Shown: positions 51,801 to 61,300 of the stretch, one piece after another
Position numbering within the stretch: position 1 is the first letter of the stretch
Layout: the number at the start of each line of letters is the position of its first letter
Made by a program: the position numbers and the translations under genes
Notes under the pieces: generated by a model
Seen by the model: the letters and a program-made list of their open reading frames with translations, nothing else
What the model was told of the DNA's origin: nothing
The model's database searches: none
Assembly (NCBI GenBank): GCA_040285745.1
Contig: JAUFOR010000002.1
Coordinates: 62,001-126,000, forward strand
Reading direction: 5' to 3'
Origin: Barthelona sp. PCE
Lineage: Eukaryota
Length of the DNA stretch: 64,000 bases

Positions 51801-52001
51801 ACTCCTGATGAATTATCTAAGGGTCAGGAGGTGATGACACTAACACGTAATGGACAGAAACAGACCATTTTGCAATTGGATACGAGAAATATGGCTGCTG
51901 AACAGTTGTCTGATCGTAAATTGATTACTATGGTTCCCGATACTGTGCGTTTTGACCCCTACTTCCAGGCACTCAATCAGGTACATGAATGTATGAGCTA
52001 A
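45852..52001 (+). CDS. Very large hypothetical protein (about 2050 aa, mostly alpha-helical with a beta-rich segment)
   Basis: Uninterrupted ORF; likely start MSEQT at 45852 after a T-rich tract; no recognisable catalytic motif. Confidence 0.8.
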   Translation: MSEQTVLFTVQDGSEAQEYAVVEENWSQQRYDEFFNQLTKQRSFESLSDIVLDFNLVNHLAKAVVKNVDENINAVFEKSAQGFSRADSMTTASGEQKLGIVEEIFISQTMVLYIHHLKQLPHEKWPGTLNMLKQHFNAYVSDDIDSSSPPSIDVLLSGLNSLLNDSNELGLSEEVYDSVLDVFLKLVFALPFTSSFIEFFCSNIDSHKLKLSAESQQNIQNMFNRKFKGQQKAENYIELSETSLTKFPFNHLRDRSKTDGFSILTHYDTCVGDFNYLYMVGPHDITTFYHGYDRSSLTLPVATTDVSEIVKMGGTDKMSAATIGDKLVVCVSSGAVYFFEKDTLAFVKESKIIIGENSAVQVAQSHDNGHLNFVVYEKSDFNGQQSSAATVTVMDVRGPEPVVINRMAVTLDPIVNYKKAHFFFDSVDRLTLCHRANNSVLYTSYLLRKELSNTDQKSTDRRNVPTTSADYVDAYISGHHQFCELFASNITDIKPTDFDKRKFLDEFKPLDESIPALGMMCYYMTVANGLGYNLPSMYATFMMDCTLLGEEITADGEIKSGVTSIFSNTFDSFSNVEEAILTLMYSQIQGDSISSTLLSRLDNKYIKGTGMDSPGQIAKVHTRTGKHLRSYEKLINFMLKMSEDSSLSIKRKLRFFVVFNELFISNCINLGSLFNEHEIKTLLPKLQKWCKTFVTLCLNELSNDRMAIEINSILFNACRLISLCCSYQFFPNTFFIDIFNFISEYKELLVGEHSYYTKSVLYNAIIINCTSTFENYIGDILGGFTNIIDLNMNNKRPSDYFSLRLINSFFQNIIFNINTDDAMRLLCKNAYYYMKSIRSYMESCEFDREKCSVFASAIEAQSFYYSHIVSILNAGSKVWCQGFIEETMAFIKTFEPLNIIAGNSVHSSLASRSVEYLQGFIMTTKEKMVYNTTDTNLIKVLKVNEKKVTIVSCDVVKFRFGKIPSELIDEMKAKKFWCFVSLGDEERLEIEGEKFIDILEHQRTMSFTVPKRTTNADVYFEIIPKEDEYELEFEINSTVIECVIECYTRVHEKSNKKKVEIAPLSYNNTSVDLEMQCSKFKSEDILSQSFWAFLLSFMALVSDNNDINPEYEPLSTLWLYQKSFDTADIDELQFTLLVDYVIDNIKFCPSIYAECTYAEIERICIAFTIVLSCFDRYPEQVGKLSDVIEMKCSEFESSKEVAEAEEEKVKALQLNEEEEALINEDFQFDEPDEDMMMAINMVLGEFPPSSDYYKETAAQLEIINNNRVKSERISELKKKKALYEAFISDKAQSKNNTRFMSSGKMHIFSLITLFDESSLSKSLINASLKSLLDLLAQPESGFRKLYMPHGNASDEHKIRFSQITGTPSFLDYASDDRVRTELSTLEIVMMPMYALIGRWTHDEDAFFDFVRETSIEEFENIFVSLMVYLYLYLPSDRFKFIKKGLNLCFKLANKWDDEAIRTKYQNSANLLSLTFISGYLPDLYPYLVHARNHMNLFTFVPVTNVKRIVKFNTYDAMNRKFHRIQNHYIIHKMLNEEMIGKVFGENNISLLLKLFFSYEKIDDINFANLGALLCVLTHLRNDKPFNIPLENFIEKIINPLRPIINSFEFTPDLFKENFYGERMSKVNDFFIFFTFAMQYMKLVKAMGSFEVNKMACQAIKNIADQAIMQIPFINISGEKQRMLEFLMVAYPSLTVNASDITIETSESTEMFGSLFGGGEDGENPRLSLYSKDAFFHQLPTVAPTLSIIDGVNLIGSGIVTNDMTFSKNGNKKFSKMMSFDISQECLDGIRKAPKETREYFEYVFNIIERKNFYRSSIKDEKDSNSFLFEPAGFSSQVASRINFDPGEIINVEFMSSHFSELMPEGVTLDLATMMSLTLLMTDLCQSVLEFTRSEHLPLHTCDIMGMFSSMAEASHLTFKEFVDDGVMLSDFIASVFEYDRIEMPSIKKAYENFPAPVEKGQEHMLSTALQNVTGSYAIVESAPTPDELSKGQEVMTLTRNGQKQTILQLDTRNMAAEQLSDRKLITMVPDTVRFDPYFQALNQVHECMS

Positions 52002-52046
52002 GTGAATAAACAATGATTGTTTCTTTTTTTTTTATCCTCTTTCACA

Positions 52047-54329
52047 ATGGGAAAGGACAAACCATTTGTTGTTTTTGTACTTGGGGCAACAGCCAGTTCC
52101 AAATCTAAGATTGCTGAAGCGTTAGCGGAAAAATATGATGGTGAACTCGTAAATTGTGATTCTATGCAAGTGTATAAAGGCCTAAGGATTGCAACAAACC
52201 AGGATATTGACTGCACCGTCACCACACACTGTATAAACTACGTTGATCCGGTTGCTAGTAATCAATACCATTTGAATCGCTTTCAGGATGATGCATGCTG
52301 TGCTATTGATGATATTGTATCCCGTGGTAAGCTACCAATCGTCGTTGGAGGAACCCATTTCTACGCTCTCTCCCTTTTGTGGGATCTTGAATCACCTGAT
52401 ATCATAACGTCCGGCAGAAGTGATCTGACTAATGAGGAACTACATGCCATCATTGTAGAGCACGAACCGGATGCTTCTGTTCGCTATAACATTGGTGATC
52501 GTCGAAAGCTGATTCGAGCTGTGGCCATGATAGAAGAAGGGTTGTCGCTTGATGAATTCGATATAGATCGAATCAGAGAACGACGTCCTCGCTACCACTC
52601 TCTGGTTTTATTCACCAAAACGGACATGTCTGTCTTGGAAACTAGAATTACAAGGCGCTGCGATGAGATGCTTGATGAAGGATTGTTGGAAGAGCTCATT
52701 CAGTATACTGAGCTGTACATGACAACCACTGGTGACCACACCCTTGACAATGTGAAGGAGTACGAATGTGGTCTAACCCAGTCGATTGGGTTCAAGGAGT
52801 ACTTACCATTTCTCAAAGCATATTTCCGACATGATGAACCTGTTCAGTATCATAAGAAGGTAATCAGTGAGTGTCTCAAGACGCATGTCAGAAACACAGT
52901 CAAGTTTGCAAGAGTTCAGATTAAGCAAGCAGCGTTGTTTGAAGAAACAGGTATTCCATTTTTGTTTATTGATACTACATCTGCTCTCATGGGGCAAAGT
53001 AGTTTCAAAGATGTGATAGATGGAGTATGCACTGAAGTGGAAGCGATTGGTGAGAGCGATATTGATATGAATGCCATTGCAGAGGCTAATGAGGTAAAGG
53101 CACGTCGACGTCTTATGAAAAAATCAGTCATGTGTGATATTTGCGGTGTGGAATACCCGGGTATCGATGAGAATGCCCATTTGAACTCAAGAAAACATAA
53201 AAATGCACTAAAAAGGATTAGAGAATTAGATGATCCGGATGCCAGCGATGTTCTCACTGTTCTTAGACGTATGGTTTCAATACCGACTGTTTCCGGTGAC
53301 CTAGACATGTACAAGCTGTTCATAAAATATGTAACCAATATTTGCAATCATTATGAGTGGGAGTATGAGATCGTTTTTGATTACGCAATTCATATCACAT
53401 TTGAAGCTGATGTTCTACCAGAGGATGGTAAGAGTGCTATATTTTACGGGCACTATGATGTTGTTCCGCCTGGCCAAGGATGGTCTGTTGATCCATTTGA
53501 TAGTGTACTCAAAAAGGGAAAACTGTACGGAAGAGGCACCCAGGACATGAAATGTGTGCTTGCAGCCCTTGTTACTACGTTTGCTAAACGTGATTTCGAA
53601 CTTATGAGAACTATACACGTACTCATGGTCCCTGATGAGGAGATAGGTGGGTTTAAACCTCTATTTCGGGATGAAGCTGGTTCTGATTTTTTGAACGGCC
53701 TTAACCCTTGTGTTTGGATTGATGAGGGGTTTCCGGGTCACGATTCTGTCGTTTTGTGTGACGGTGAAGTTTCCCCGTGTTGGGTTAAGGGAGTATTCCG
53801 CGGTCCTCAGGTCCATGGTTCAACTATTTCGGACGAACTGGCATCAACAAAGCTTAGGAAACTGATAACATGTCTGGATAATCATGAAGAATTACACTAC
53901 AACTTTGTCCATTTGAATTCACCATTAATCGCAAACAACGTCGTCCCTCCATCATTGGAGTTCCAGATTGACGCACGAGTCCAGCCGGGCCACGATCTTT
54001 TGAAACTCTACACCGATATTGAAGATTGCTTCGGAGAGAACGATGAGATCGAGTACCTGGACCGTTCAATGCTGAACCCTAGAAGCGAACGGACGCCAAC
54101 ATTCGACCTCATCCAGGAGTCAATCAGATTGCTGGGCACAAATGTTACACTTTCGACATTCCCAGCTTGCACAGATGCTAGGTTCGCTAGACAACAGGGT
54201 ATTCCTGCTTATAACGTCAGTTATCAGCCTGGAGAGCCTGTACTCGCACATCAAAAAGATGAGTGCTTGTCAGTACGCAATCTAATCGACAGTTTAGAGT
54301 TCTACAAGCATATTCTGAAAAATATATAA
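52047..54329 (+). CDS. Fusion: tRNA dimethylallyltransferase (Mod5/TRIT1) + zinc finger + M20 aminoacylase-1-like peptidase
   Basis: GATASSKS, DSMQVYKGL, VGGTHFY, QSIGFKEY and CDIC...H.NSRKH; then GHYDVVP, GRGTQDMK, PDEEIGG, DEG, TDARF and AHQKDE. Confidence 0.92.
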   Translation: MGKDKPFVVFVLGATASSKSKIAEALAEKYDGELVNCDSMQVYKGLRIATNQDIDCTVTTHCINYVDPVASNQYHLNRFQDDACCAIDDIVSRGKLPIVVGGTHFYALSLLWDLESPDIITSGRSDLTNEELHAIIVEHEPDASVRYNIGDRRKLIRAVAMIEEGLSLDEFDIDRIRERRPRYHSLVLFTKTDMSVLETRITRRCDEMLDEGLLEELIQYTELYMTTTGDHTLDNVKEYECGLTQSIGFKEYLPFLKAYFRHDEPVQYHKKVISECLKTHVRNTVKFARVQIKQAALFEETGIPFLFIDTTSALMGQSSFKDVIDGVCTEVEAIGESDIDMNAIAEANEVKARRRLMKKSVMCDICGVEYPGIDENAHLNSRKHKNALKRIRELDDPDASDVLTVLRRMVSIPTVSGDLDMYKLFIKYVTNICNHYEWEYEIVFDYAIHITFEADVLPEDGKSAIFYGHYDVVPPGQGWSVDPFDSVLKKGKLYGRGTQDMKCVLAALVTTFAKRDFELMRTIHVLMVPDEEIGGFKPLFRDEAGSDFLNGLNPCVWIDEGFPGHDSVVLCDGEVSPCWVKGVFRGPQVHGSTISDELASTKLRKLITCLDNHEELHYNFVHLNSPLIANNVVPPSLEFQIDARVQPGHDLLKLYTDIEDCFGENDEIEYLDRSMLNPRSERTPTFDLIQESIRLLGTNVTLSTFPACTDARFARQQGIPAYNVSYQPGEPVLAHQKDECLSVRNLIDSLEFYKHILKNI

Positions 54330-54498
54330 CTTCTTGCACAATCAATCTAAATTTTTTTGCTGTGGATTGTCATTTCATACTATTAAACACCATAATATGT
54401 AAACCGAAGATCATTTAAAAAATATGCATTAAATAATTTTCCATAACACACTATTCTTCCCTTTTCATTCTTGTTTATTAACTTTTTTGGACTCAATT

Positions 54499-56553
54499 AT
54501 GCGTTTTGATTTGAGTCTGTTGAACGCTAATGATTTCGTGGTGAACCAGTTCGAAGGAGGTCTTTTTGTTCCTCAAATGAACAATAGAGCTTCTATAGAT
54601 GATTCACAGATAAAGGGGGTCTTCTTTTGCTGTGCTTTGGGTCTCATATATGAACCTCGAAACCAAAATTACCCAATGCTAAAATATTCGTGGAAAAACA
54701 CAAAGATAAGTCTAATTGAGTGTGCTATATCGGCTGACAGGTCAAAGAGGGTAACGCTATTAAAGATGGAAGTCGACCACGAGGTTTGTCTCCTGAAGAA
54801 CGGTATTTTTGCACCTTTTAACACAAACAATGCTGGAGCTAAGGCAATCACTCGCCTTTTCTATTTTGGTAAGTCAGCTCGACAGGTATTTACACTTTTT
54901 AATGAGCTTATTCACACAAACGAAACTTTTGGGTCAGTAATAACTGAGAATTCCAATTATCTTGCGCTGCTCAGCAAAACATATCAGTCTCTCAAAATCA
55001 CCTCTAGTGTCTTCAACAGCTTTAGGGAAAAGATATTATTTAACGCCAATGTGGCCATCAAATCACCAAACACAAGACAGATTGCATCAGTCACGTTGAC
55101 CGACTCGTGCATGTACATCAACCCATCGTGCAAGCTGCACCGCACTGGCGTCCTCGCTTTTCCTTTAAATACAGTGCTGTTTGGTATTTCATTTGAGAAT
55201 GTCACAAATTTCACATTGGAGTTGTTTTTTACTGATCCACAACTCTCCCACCCATGCTATAAGGCGGATGAACTGCTTCACTTGGAAAAAAAGCAGAGAT
55301 ACGTTGACATGTTTGAGTACTCCTTCATGTGGAACTGCCTGTCTATTCGTATTGAGTTTGTCGCAAAGGAATCATTGTACAAATTTGAGGACCTCATCTC
55401 CCCCTGGTATCAGCGCCAGGTCGATCTCAATGACGTGCAAAACAAGTGGACTAATGGGGACATGAGTAACTTTGACTATCTAATGTGCCTCAACTACCTC
55501 AGTGGACGCTCGCTCATGTGTATAGAGAGGTACCCTGTTCTCCCATGGGTGCTATGTGATTACACTTCGGAAATACTCGATTTCGACAACCCGGCTGTCT
55601 ATCGTGATCTGACAAAGCCTATTGGCGCACTCGAATCTGACCGACTTGACAGTTTGAGGATGAGACACAACACAATGGAGGATATGATAGACGAGTCAAA
55701 CACTGGGCTGTCAGAGCTCCTCTGCTTTGGTCAAATTGTCACCTCCGATTCAGCAACGACGTCGGCGTCCACATCAAACGCTGAGTCGTCTTCGTTCTTC
55801 GACGACTTTGATATGATCATGCCTCCTCTCAAGTCTGCGTCAGTGCTCGAGGGTGAGACCGACGTGTCCATCATAAACAGAGACTATCGATCGTATGATC
55901 CACTGCAGAGATTAAGCATGGTGCCGTTCCTGTACGGATCGCACTATTCGACAACCGGATACACCACATACTTCTTGTTGAGGCAACACCCGCTCTGGTC
56001 CTTGATATTGGGTGGCGGGAGATACGATCTACCGGATAGGCTATTCAGCTCAATTCCAATGGCGTGGGAGAACTGCCAGTCCTCAAATACCGATGTGAGA
56101 GAGCTGACACCTGAATTTTACTCCTGTCCTCGTTCTGCTGACAAATGGCTCGGATTAAATGACAGCATTATCATAGGCCGCACCCAGGCGAATGAGAGTG
56201 TTGGAGATGTTGAGCTCCCACCATGGGCGCACTCCCCCAAGGATTTCGTTAAGAAAATGCGCTATGCGCTCGAGACAGATTATGTTCGTAATCAATTGGG
56301 TAAATGGATAGATCTTATCTTTGGTGTGTACCGCGACCCAAGAAATGCCCTTCAAAAGGATAATTTATTCCACCCTTTGAGCTACGAAGAAAATTTTGCC
56401 AGTATGATGCAAGAGTATGCTGTTCTCTTAGACAGATTTATTGGTGATATTGGAATCACGGATCGTCTTTCCAGTTCAAGGGAAGCCGCGCTCACACAAA
56501 TGAAGGAGTTTGGCGTGTGCCCAAGACAGTTATTTTATGACAATCATCCTTAA
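54499..56553 (+). CDS. FAN/NSMAF-like PH-BEACH protein lacking WD40 repeats
   Basis: W..G.MSNFDYLM.LN.LSGRS, YPVLPWV, YRDLTKPIGAL, YGSHYS, DVRELTPEFY, LPPWA, WIDLIFG and EFG..P.QLF...HP, then stop. Confidence 0.92.
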   Translation: MRFDLSLLNANDFVVNQFEGGLFVPQMNNRASIDDSQIKGVFFCCALGLIYEPRNQNYPMLKYSWKNTKISLIECAISADRSKRVTLLKMEVDHEVCLLKNGIFAPFNTNNAGAKAITRLFYFGKSARQVFTLFNELIHTNETFGSVITENSNYLALLSKTYQSLKITSSVFNSFREKILFNANVAIKSPNTRQIASVTLTDSCMYINPSCKLHRTGVLAFPLNTVLFGISFENVTNFTLELFFTDPQLSHPCYKADELLHLEKKQRYVDMFEYSFMWNCLSIRIEFVAKESLYKFEDLISPWYQRQVDLNDVQNKWTNGDMSNFDYLMCLNYLSGRSLMCIERYPVLPWVLCDYTSEILDFDNPAVYRDLTKPIGALESDRLDSLRMRHNTMEDMIDESNTGLSELLCFGQIVTSDSATTSASTSNAESSSFFDDFDMIMPPLKSASVLEGETDVSIINRDYRSYDPLQRLSMVPFLYGSHYSTTGYTTYFLLRQHPLWSLILGGGRYDLPDRLFSSIPMAWENCQSSNTDVRELTPEFYSCPRSADKWLGLNDSIIIGRTQANESVGDVELPPWAHSPKDFVKKMRYALETDYVRNQLGKWIDLIFGVYRDPRNALQKDNLFHPLSYEENFASMMQEYAVLLDRFIGDIGITDRLSSSREAALTQMKEFGVCPRQLFYDNHP

Positions 56554-56573
56554 CTTACTTACTAATAAATTTA

Positions 56574-58277
56574 CTATAGATGCTCTTCAATTCTTGCGTA
56601 TGTAAATATCTCACGCTTGGATTTGGGTTTGAGCATTACTAATCCAACAATAGCGATAACGACAACTATGCCTATCGCTACATAAATTGTATACCACGGG
56701 AACGGTTTAGGGGGGTTATGATAAGAGTGCACAGTATCGTAGAATGCATAAAACATCCGATAGTGCGTATTATTCGGACTGAATGTACGATCAGGGAATT
56801 TGGCGTCAAGGTTTCGGACAAATCTGTTCATGTTGTACTGGGCAGCAGCAATGGTGTAGTGCTTCCCTGGGTCCATATCACTGTACCAGGTTGAAGGGGC
56901 ATAGTGCGGGTTTTTTTCGGGTAGGGGGATTACATCCTTCCACTCTTTCTTTTCTACTGCATAATACACTTCTTGAGGTGTCAACCCGTTGAGAGTGAAG
57001 ATGTTCCACAGCGGAATGTCGAAGCAAAACGATGAATACAAATCATCATACGTATTCATACCCTTATAGAGGTCTGCACGGGCATCAAGTGTGTTGAAAA
57101 AGAAGACGTATTCATCATTCCCTTCTGTGTAGCTGATCATTGGTTTAATGGAATATGGAAAGACTTTTTGCAGCCAGAAGTACGATACACTGTCGTCCTC
57201 TGTGAAGTATTCTTTCGCAAAATACCTTTTTGGTAGATAACCAACCTCCCTGAATATGTGCTGCTCCTCAAGTGCATCATCGACGAGACCCATGAGTCTC
57301 TCAGCGCGCCAGTGCCAGTCTTGCCTAATGTCTGACTTACCGACTAGGTTCCCCAAAAAGTCAGTTGTGAGCTTCTGCTCAAGTCCACCTATGAGCTCGG
57401 GTTTGCTCACCCAATGATAAACACCGTTAACATCGGCTTCGAAATCAAGCTCATACAAAGCAAGATGTTCCATATATCGCCCTGCCTCGATTACTGTACA
57501 ATTTTCAACAGAGTTGCCATCCACATCAATGCAGTCACTGTGGCGGAAACGGTGTGTATGACCTGTCGCCATAATAATAGGCTTGAGTGTGAACTCACGA
57601 ATCTTGCTCACAATACCTTTAACCAAAGGGCTATCAGTTCCAATGTGGCAGAGTGAAATAATCATGTCAAACTGGCCATCGCTGAGTAACTGCACAATGT
57701 CATCATCATTCATCACCTCTACTGCATCCCTGATGTAATAACTGGTCCTGTCAACATTATCGTAGTTGTATATGAATCCGAAGAACAAGACACGGAAACC
57801 TGACTCAGTTGTGTGCATTCTGTATCGCCTACCGAAGGTTCTATCGGTACTAACTGTGTAGAAGTTAGTTGTCACATAGTTGGGGAACAGCGAAAGATGT
57901 GCTTCAAGCCATTTCGCACTCTCTGTTGAGAAGACATCGTGGTTTCCGATTGTATTCGCAGTAAAATTGAGGTGCTCTGAAAATTGAAAAATATATGTTC
58001 CACCAGGCTCTGTGCTGTCGCTAAGACCTGTTCCTTCAATCAGATCACCTGAATCAAAGGTTATGCATTCCGGCAAATGTGGTTTCTCATCAGTCCTGCA
58101 CCATTCATGCTGGAATGCAACGATGTCTGCTATGGTTGCGTTAAAAACCCTTGGTTGCCTGCTATGACCATAGATCCAACCATGCAAATCTGTCATTTGG
58201 ATGAATCGAAGCTTATAAGCATGAGATACTGCCAGAAAAGTAACAAGAAGAAATAATATTGAACCCTTGAACCACAT
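56574..58277 (-). CDS. Membrane-anchored 5'-nucleotidase-like calcineurin-type metallophosphoesterase
   Basis: Signal peptide; TDLHGW, DSGDLIEGTGLSD, IGNHD and GHTH; C-terminal TM and YARI (YxxPhi) tail. Confidence 0.9.
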   Translation of the reverse strand: MWFKGSILFLLVTFLAVSHAYKLRFIQMTDLHGWIYGHSRQPRVFNATIADIVAFQHEWCRTDEKPHLPECITFDSGDLIEGTGLSDSTEPGGTYIFQFSEHLNFTANTIGNHDVFSTESAKWLEAHLSLFPNYVTTNFYTVSTDRTFGRRYRMHTTESGFRVLFFGFIYNYDNVDRTSYYIRDAVEVMNDDDIVQLLSDGQFDMIISLCHIGTDSPLVKGIVSKIREFTLKPIIMATGHTHRFRHSDCIDVDGNSVENCTVIEAGRYMEHLALYELDFEADVNGVYHWVSKPELIGGLEQKLTTDFLGNLVGKSDIRQDWHWRAERLMGLVDDALEEQHIFREVGYLPKRYFAKEYFTEDDSVSYFWLQKVFPYSIKPMISYTEGNDEYVFFFNTLDARADLYKGMNTYDDLYSSFCFDIPLWNIFTLNGLTPQEVYYAVEKKEWKDVIPLPEKNPHYAPSTWYSDMDPGKHYTIAAAQYNMNRFVRNLDAKFPDRTFSPNNTHYRMFYAFYDTVHSYHNPPKPFPWYTIYVAIGIVVVIAIVGLVMLKPKSKREIFTYARIEEHL

Positions 58278-58366
58278 TTAAGTACTCAAGTGAAAAAAAG
58301 TGAAAAAGAAAGTAAAAAAAGCGTTATCCCGCTATTCACCATTACTCAAAGTAGGACACAGCTAAT

Positions 58367-61300
58367 ATGACAGAAACGCTGAACTTTGTCCTTCTGGGAC
58401 ATACAAAATTAGAGGAAGTCATGAAGGTGTTGGAATCTTCTCCGTTCCCAAAAGTAGATGTACATTCATTCAATCAAATCATCAAAAACGCGACAATTAA
58501 CAAGACGTCTCCCGTTATGAACGAGCTAAAGGCTATTGGAGAGAACGATACTGTTCCTACTTCAATTTTCAAGCAAGCTTATGAATTTTACCTATCAGAT
58601 GTTGAAAAATCAGGTACATCCACAGGAGGGAAGAAGACCAAAGCGAAAAACAAGGGAAAACAGCCTCAGACATCAACATTCAATCCCCCAAATCTGTTAC
58701 CCGATGAGATTAAGGCTGTCCATCTATACACTTATGATGAAGACTCAACACATGAGATTACCACTCAGGAACAGTTTAACGTGCTCTGCGGATATGTCAA
58801 CATATGTTTTGATGGTCTCATCACATGTAACCGAAAATTTACCAATTTCTCGACAATGGCGCCAGATTCAGGCTTTTATTCTCTGGACATCCACGACCCA
58901 GTGGCAGAGGAGGATGCCCAGCAGGTTGCAACCACCCTATACGAAACAATCATTACTCATATTTTTTCTAAGCACATGTATCAGTGCTTCCTTGAGAACA
59001 GTATGATCGTCTCAATTTCTGATGTAGACGTTGCACCCGAGGTTTCTGGATACTATGAGGACTCGAATGCAACGAGCGTCGCTAGCGTCTTGGATTCGTT
59101 GCTGGATGCTATCCAGTTTGGGCAGGATCCATCACTTGTCGCTGAGCCAGAGCAGACCCTGAAGCCCCGTATCTTTGATGACTTGACGGTCTCGACCGAC
59201 GTCAACCGAGAGATTCTCGGTCGAGAGGACCGCGTTTACCTTTCTTGGTTGAAGGCATTAAGCCCAGAGTTCGAATCTGAGACGGAGGACAATCCCATGC
59301 TCCGTTCAACACGTGTTGAGCTAGCGCACTATCTACCGACCGTCTTCAAGAAGTCGCCTGAAACGATGGAGAACTATACCCCCACGGCACAGGAACTAAC
59401 CCAAACTGATAATGTGCTACATTTACTCGAGTTCCGTGACCTTCTTGAGTCGAAAAACACCGTTGTTCCACCTCACCTCGCAGTTAGTACATGTACTGGA
59501 AGCGCACAATTCAATAGTGTTGATCTTGCCCGTGTTTTGTTTGAGCAGTACACCAAGCCCTCAATTGCTTCATCCCAGTACGATAGCTCGCTGTTACTGG
59601 CCACTGGTATCCAGTCTCAACCAAGCAAAGGTCCATTCGTGGTTTCAAAGGGCAAGGAGCTCTCTCTTCCAATTATTTGTAAGTACGCCGAGTGGCAGCA
59701 GCTCAACAACTCAGCTGTGTCGAGCGAAGCCCAACGAGTGTTACTGCAGTTGACACCCGAACCCGTCGTCGAGGATAAGGAAGAAGAAGAAGGACCGCTG
59801 AGTGTCGATTACACCCCCTTTATTAAGACTTTACGCGCCATTGGTGTCACTGATACCAAGTATTATGATCTGGAACTGGAGGCAAAGAAGGAGGAGGACG
59901 TTGCTGAAATGTACATCTGCGACAGAAGTGATATTACCATTGCGAAGGAGGGTGTTTCCGTCACATATGACGGTACGATTGTCGAGCACAGTGCGAACGG
60001 CACAGTCTCATATCTGAATAGTGGTGAACGTGTCGACATTAATGACAACCTGATGACGGTTCTTGACGGTCAGCGCAACGTTGTTGGAATTGACAGCGAA
60101 ACCGATACCGGTATAGTCGACTTCAATGACACACAAATTGGTGTGTCATTTGCAGAAGGGTTCATCGAACTCGAAGATGTCCGCTACTATTTGGACGGTC
60201 GCATGCAGAAGGAAGGAGTTATGATCGCCAAGGATGGTGTTCGTACAGAAACCGTCGTTGAGATGGTTGAGCGTGAGATCGGAACGGGAAAGAAGAAGGA
60301 AACAGTAGTTGAGCAGAAGGTCGTTACGAAGAAGCACACGCCCCTCATGCTCGCTACAACCAAGTTCGAGTCGAACATTGACAAAACGGACGAGTGCTCT
60401 GTCACGCAGCGCAGTGATGGCACAGTTTATTTGGAAGATGTAGATGCCACAGAAGTCGTACAATACGCACTCCCAGGCAACAAAACGCTCCGTGTGACCC
60501 GGTTCAAACCCACGGTCATCGATGAGACAGTGTTTGAGAGGTCTTATCGTCCCAATACGCTAACGTTTGGCAACCACATCATGACCGTCGTTGAAATCGT
60601 AGTTGAAATGGATGGTATCCCCTCTATGCACTTCATTTATGATCGAGATAATCCGGAAATCATGCTGTGTTCAATCATCAGACTGATGAAGGATGTTCAG
60701 GTTGAGTATGTACCCAAGAGCATGCGCGCAAATGGTGCATTTGAAGCCATTTGGTCCAACATGCCGTTCATGGGTGTCGACACTAGATCAGGTAAGCTGC
60801 GCGTTCACCAGGAAAACGTTGTTTCATTTGAGACGTTTGCATTGCAAGATGCGTACGAGTACTTCGAGGAGCACAATGGTATCGTTCCTGTGTACGTCAA
60901 GGACGAGATGGCACGCTTGGGAATCCACTACTTCCATTCATACGACTGTGAAATTGACTTCTCGAAGTTGGCTGTTAAAGACAAGTGTGAAGGTGCTCAA
61001 ATCTACTCAACCTGTGATTTCGAGCAGAATGTTTATGTCCTTCACACTGACGGCCTGTTTGTTCAACACAGAACTGATTACATGGTTGCGCAGACGGAAG
61101 CCGCGACTGTTGTTGAGGAAAGTCCTGCTGCCCCCGTCATGGACGAAGCAACGGAGGAGGTTGAGACAGAGGATATCCCTGCCCCACGCATGGCTATGTC
61201 TGTTGACGAAGCCCGCACGGTACTTGACGAGGAGTTCGATAATGACAGCGACATCAACCCAGAGTATGCGGATGAGCTCCGCGCGAACGATGATATCAAG

